In this document: positions 34,793 through 38,048 of the stretch, piece by piece
How positions within the stretch are numbered: position 1 is the first letter of the stretch
Layout of the letters: each line of letters opens with the position of its first letter
Source of the DNA: a virus
Taxonomy: Duplodnaviria > Caudoviricetes
Length of the DNA: 38,048 nt
Direction: 5' to 3' (one strand)
IMG/VR virus record: IMGVR_UViG_3300043015_001023
Span: 1-38,048 of that record
Notes under the pieces: model-generated
Database searches by the model: none
Told to the model about the DNA's origin: nothing
What the model saw: only the letters and a program-made list of their open reading frames with translations
Position numbers and translations under genes: made by a program

Positions 34793-34857
34793 ATACCGTT
34801 TAGTTATATGCATATTCCAATTTGTTATTTCACCGAAGCAAAATAATCTAATAGTAT
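34793..34857 (+). promoter_or_regulatory. Double-dyad (LysR-type) site plus -10 TAGTAT
   Basis: ATACCGTTTAGTTAT-ATGCAT-ATTCCAATTTGTTAT; -10 at +28. Confidence 0.7.
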
Positions 34858-34887
34858 TCAGCTATCGAAACAAACGGAGTAAATAAA

Positions 34888-35115
34888 ATGAAAAGTGCAG
34901 ATAAACCAGCAAACCCAATTGAAATAAATGGTTTTGGTCAATATGCTCCAGAGGCTCACACTGGATTAACCAAGCGAGAGATGTTTGCAATGCACGCAAT
35001 GAGCTCATGGATAATTCATCATGGGTCAGCTAATAATTACGGTTTTAGTGAGGAAGATTGCGCCATTGCATCAATTGCCTGTGCAGATGCACTATTGGCA
35101 GAATTGGAGAAATAA
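34888..35115 (+). CDS. Conserved small phage protein
   Basis: PANP...GLTKREMFAMHAM...ADALLAELE, a widespread phage pattern. Confidence 0.75.
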   Translation: MKSADKPANPIEINGFGQYAPEAHTGLTKREMFAMHAMSSWIIHHGSANNYGFSEEDCAIASIACADALLAELEK

Positions 35116-35116
35116 A

Positions 35117-35359
35117 ATGACAGATAACATATTCGCACCCGAATCAATGAGTGATTTATCATTCACACAAACAACTATGCACATGAAGCGTTACAACGCA
35201 GCGCAAGATCCAAGTCACCCAAAAAAGTCACCTGGTAATCTTGCTGCTTGCCACAACAGAAAGATGAAGCGCGTTATTATTCGTAAGAATGGCGTAGTTG
35301 TTAGCGATAAATTCGGTTATGCAAAGTCAAGTGCAAAGAGATATAAATATGGTTCGTAA
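35117..35359 (+). CDS. Hypothetical basic protein
   Basis: GGAG RBS before ATG 35117. Confidence 0.65.
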   Translation: MTDNIFAPESMSDLSFTQTTMHMKRYNAAQDPSHPKKSPGNLAACHNRKMKRVIIRKNGVVVSDKFGYAKSSAKRYKYGS

Positions 35360-35819
35360 AAAGAAGTACAACAAGATGAAAGGTGCTCTAGCTTGTGCTA
35401 GGGCTGGCCTTAAAAACTTAGCGGTGTTTCATAGTCAAACTTATGACAACGAGAAATACACGGCGCATATGTTGAATTTTAAAACCGGTCGCTGTATTGA
35501 TGTTGGATTGTCAATGGCTCAAGCTGTGTCAAAAATCCGCCACCTATGGAATATTCACCTAATCGCTGTAGGTGTAGAAAGTAATGGCAAGTCACGCTTT
35601 GAAGTTGAAGAGGTAAAGCTTACTGAGCCGCTTTTGCAGTCACAGCTAGTAGATTACCTTAATGAAGCTCATGAAGCGCTTGCAGAGAGCTTTAGGGAGC
35701 GCAACACGCTTACTAACTTATGCTGGTTAGCTGTGCCTAATGGTGATTCAATCAGCAATGAACAAATTGATAATATTTTAACAGTTAGAAGAGCTTGGGC
35801 TCTTACGGAGTTAGCATGA
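35349..35819 (+). CDS. Hypothetical protein
   Basis: ATG 35349 overlapping the upstream ORF. Confidence 0.7.
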   Translation: MVRKKKYNKMKGALACARAGLKNLAVFHSQTYDNEKYTAHMLNFKTGRCIDVGLSMAQAVSKIRHLWNIHLIAVGVESNGKSRFEVEEVKLTEPLLQSQLVDYLNEAHEALAESFRERNTLTNLCWLAVPNGDSISNEQIDNILTVRRAWALTELA

Positions 35820-36268
35820 ACAGTAAACACGAATCAGCAATTAGAACACTTGAATCTCTTGGTTATAAGTTTTGCGGTGGTGAGTATTGGAAGCCACCCA
35901 TTGGCAATCTGCCAGATTTTATTGGTAAAACCAAAGAAGAGGCTGAAAGCAAAGATTGGCCGCAAGTTGGTGATGAGGTTTTGTATAATGGTTCATCGAG
36001 TAGATTTAAATCAATAAAAGGGGCGGTTTCAAAAGTAATTGCAAAATACTCATTTGATGGCATTGATTACATAACTATCAAAAATGAATCTGATGGTATT
36101 TTTGCCATGGTTTTTGGCTCATGGATTAAAAAACCAAAAACAGCAGAGGAAGAATTACGCGATGAGTTGTGGGATGACGTTTGCATAGACTCGATAACAT
36201 TGAGTCAGGCTAGTGAAATATTTGAAACTATATTGGCAAAATACAACATAACTAAAAAGCCCCAATAA
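35816..36268 (+). CDS. Hypothetical protein
   Basis: GGAG RBS, ATGA overlap; WPQVGDEV motif. Confidence 0.7.
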   Translation: MNSKHESAIRTLESLGYKFCGGEYWKPPIGNLPDFIGKTKEEAESKDWPQVGDEVLYNGSSSRFKSIKGAVSKVIAKYSFDGIDYITIKNESDGIFAMVFGSWIKKPKTAEEELRDELWDDVCIDSITLSQASEIFETILAKYNITKKPQ

Positions 36269-36280
36269 GGGGCTTTCTTT
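36254..36280. terminator. Bidirectional terminator
   Basis: AAAGCCCC/GGGGCTTT. Confidence 0.85.
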
Positions 36281-37761
36281 TACTCGTCTAAATTCATATT
36301 GGCGCTAGGCATTTCATTGCCTAGCCTTTCCTTGTAATCCATGGCAGTATCAGATTCAATTGTAAGGTTGTTATCCTTTAAGATTCTAAATAAGTACTCA
36401 GACGGGTAAACGCCCTGGAAGTGACCCTGAAATAGCTGCTGCAGTGATTGAGCGTCAATCTTATCATCGTAAAACTTCTTGTTTAACTCTAAGATAAACT
36501 CGTCAGCTTCACCAGACTGGTTATTGAACATCATCATCCATTTGATTACGTTTTTATCGCCAGACTCGATGTTGTTCACAATGCCGCTCAAGCTAGCAAG
36601 ACTCAACCCTTTTCTTACTCGTACACTTTCCGCTGTTTCGTTCTGACCTACAGTGATAATCTGAGCGCCAATCTGAGCCATTGAATCAACGTCTTTATCC
36701 ATGGTCTCAAGCAGCATAGAATCAACGCTAACCTGAGCTAGACCAATTTCACAACCAACATAAGCAGAGCCGCCAAATACAGGCGAGCCACCTTCCGCAA
36801 TGCCGTTAATTTGCATAAACTCTTGAGGTGATACACCCTCGTTTAAGCTAAATGTTGCAGTGGGCGAACCGAACAACCAAGTGGTCTGCCTCATAGTTGC
36901 ATCAGAGTTAAACAGTGCAATATTAATCTCAGCTATTTTATACAGTGGCAACGGGTCAACACTTGGGGTGTTATCAATCGAGCCGTAAAACTGGAATGGG
37001 ATAAAATCAAGCTTTTTACCATTACCCAAAGTTGGCTGATAGATAATCTCGTTTGTGCCGTCATCAAGCTTAACGCTGTAATAACCATCTTTATCAAGAT
37101 AAAGCTCATAACAAACGTTAAACTCAACGCGGTTTGGAGAACCACTAGAAAAATCTATTTCAGTGCGACACTCTTCTAATTTTACATAGTTTAATTGTTT
37201 GCGTCCGTTGATGATCTTCTCTGACCAATCCTTAATATTCTCAGCTTTGAAAGCTTGCGCCCGCGAGTATAATTTATTCTGTCTAATGTCCGCCGCGGTT
37301 TTACCATCTGCTGAGCCTGGGTAATCAACCCAAACGCCATAACGACCAACTGAGCAAACCTCACGTAGCTTCTCTTTCAAGCTGTCGTAGTAGCTGTTGC
37401 CTGAGCGCGTAAATGTTTCAGTAATGTATGCGATAGACTCGGGCAAGTCCTGCTCTTGATCATCTAAGCTTTCACCCGTCAATTTATAGGGCCGCATCAT
37501 TGCTGCACCGCATAAAATATCAAGCGTATTACCTACGTAGTTTTTAAATACAGCTCGATTAGCAAAAGCGTAATAAGACTCGTCGCTAATGTCAGGCGCT
37601 CTTACAATGTAGCCTTGATTTATATTTTGCTGGTGCTCATAAACGCAACTCGCACCTCTACAGGCTCGCTGTTTCACCATGTCATTGATACAATCGCGCA
37701 CTAACTGGTATTTTTTATAGTTAAGTGCGTATTCTGGATTTACTAAAGTGTTAGCATTCAT
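36280..37761 (-). CDS. Portal protein (DUF4055-like)
   Basis: About 493 aa directly after terL; RAVFKNYV, GRYGVWVDYP, AENIKDW, IPFQF...PLYKIAEINIA. Confidence 0.88.
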   Translation of the reverse strand: MNANTLVNPEYALNYKKYQLVRDCINDMVKQRACRGASCVYEHQQNINQGYIVRAPDISDESYYAFANRAVFKNYVGNTLDILCGAAMMRPYKLTGESLDDQEQDLPESIAYITETFTRSGNSYYDSLKEKLREVCSVGRYGVWVDYPGSADGKTAADIRQNKLYSRAQAFKAENIKDWSEKIINGRKQLNYVKLEECRTEIDFSSGSPNRVEFNVCYELYLDKDGYYSVKLDDGTNEIIYQPTLGNGKKLDFIPFQFYGSIDNTPSVDPLPLYKIAEINIALFNSDATMRQTTWLFGSPTATFSLNEGVSPQEFMQINGIAEGGSPVFGGSAYVGCEIGLAQVSVDSMLLETMDKDVDSMAQIGAQIITVGQNETAESVRVRKGLSLASLSGIVNNIESGDKNVIKWMMMFNNQSGEADEFILELNKKFYDDKIDAQSLQQLFQGHFQGVYPSEYLFRILKDNNLTIESDTAMDYKERLGNEMPSANMNLDE

Positions 37762-37763
37762 AT

Positions 37764-38048
37764 TTATCTCATTTTTAATCCGCCAGTCCAAAGAGTATCA
37801 CGCTTGCTCTCAACGACTGCTAAATATCTAAAGGCATCAGCACCATGTGAGGCCCAGTTATGTAATGGCGAGTCACGCCAGCAGCCAAGCTTTTCGTTCC
37901 ACTCTTTACGATAGTTTTCTAATGTGATTATACCTTGTTCGCATTCTTTTTCATCAAATACGCATTTAGGTAGTAATTCACGCACTAGCTGTATACCATC
38001 ATCAACACCAAGCTTCGGAACTATCTCAAAGTTTGCGTAGTATTTCTT
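37764..38048 (-). CDS. terL: Terminase large subunit, C-terminal nuclease part
   Basis: LENYRKEW...PLHNWASHGADAFRYLA; in frame with 1..1423. Confidence 0.92.
   Translation of the reverse strand, partial: KKYYANFEIVPKLGVDDGIQLVRELLPKCVFDEKECEQGIITLENYRKEWNEKLGCWRDSPLHNWASHGADAFRYLAVVESKRDTLWTGGLKMR
37922..38048. repeat. Terminal direct repeat, copy 2
   Basis: Identical to 1-127. Confidence 0.95.

Overview
The window is an apparently complete, circularly closed genome (~37.9 kb) of a tailed dsDNA phage with siphovirus-type tail genes. Bases 1-127 are identical to 37922-38048, and the terminase large subunit reads in frame across that join. The low GC content and gene content suggest a marine Gammaproteobacterial host (inference). 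The minus strand carries packaging, head and tail genes (TerS, TerL, portal, minor head, scaffold, capsid, neck, tail tube, frameshifted chaperones, tape measure, SGNH-esterase tail spike) and a replication block (O-like initiator with iterons, DnaB, RusA, NinB-like, KilA-N, tRNA-CAU). The plus strand carries ERF, SSB, HTH genes, a lysis cassette and small cassettes inserted against the structural operon. No integrase, CI-type repressor, polymerase or reverse transcriptase was recognised. The most unusual signals are: (1) a TerS-HTH/coiled-coil/HNH fusion gene directly upstream of the real terS; (2) seven copies of a LysR-type double-dyad site, most at a fixed distance from a -10 box, in a phage with no recognisable LysR gene; (3) an SSB whose IPF tip lies in the +1 frame behind a CxxC-CxxC motif; (4) a C4/CI-like antisense attenuator RNA plus several other candidate small RNAs. 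All product calls rest on motif recognition and synteny, with no database search.
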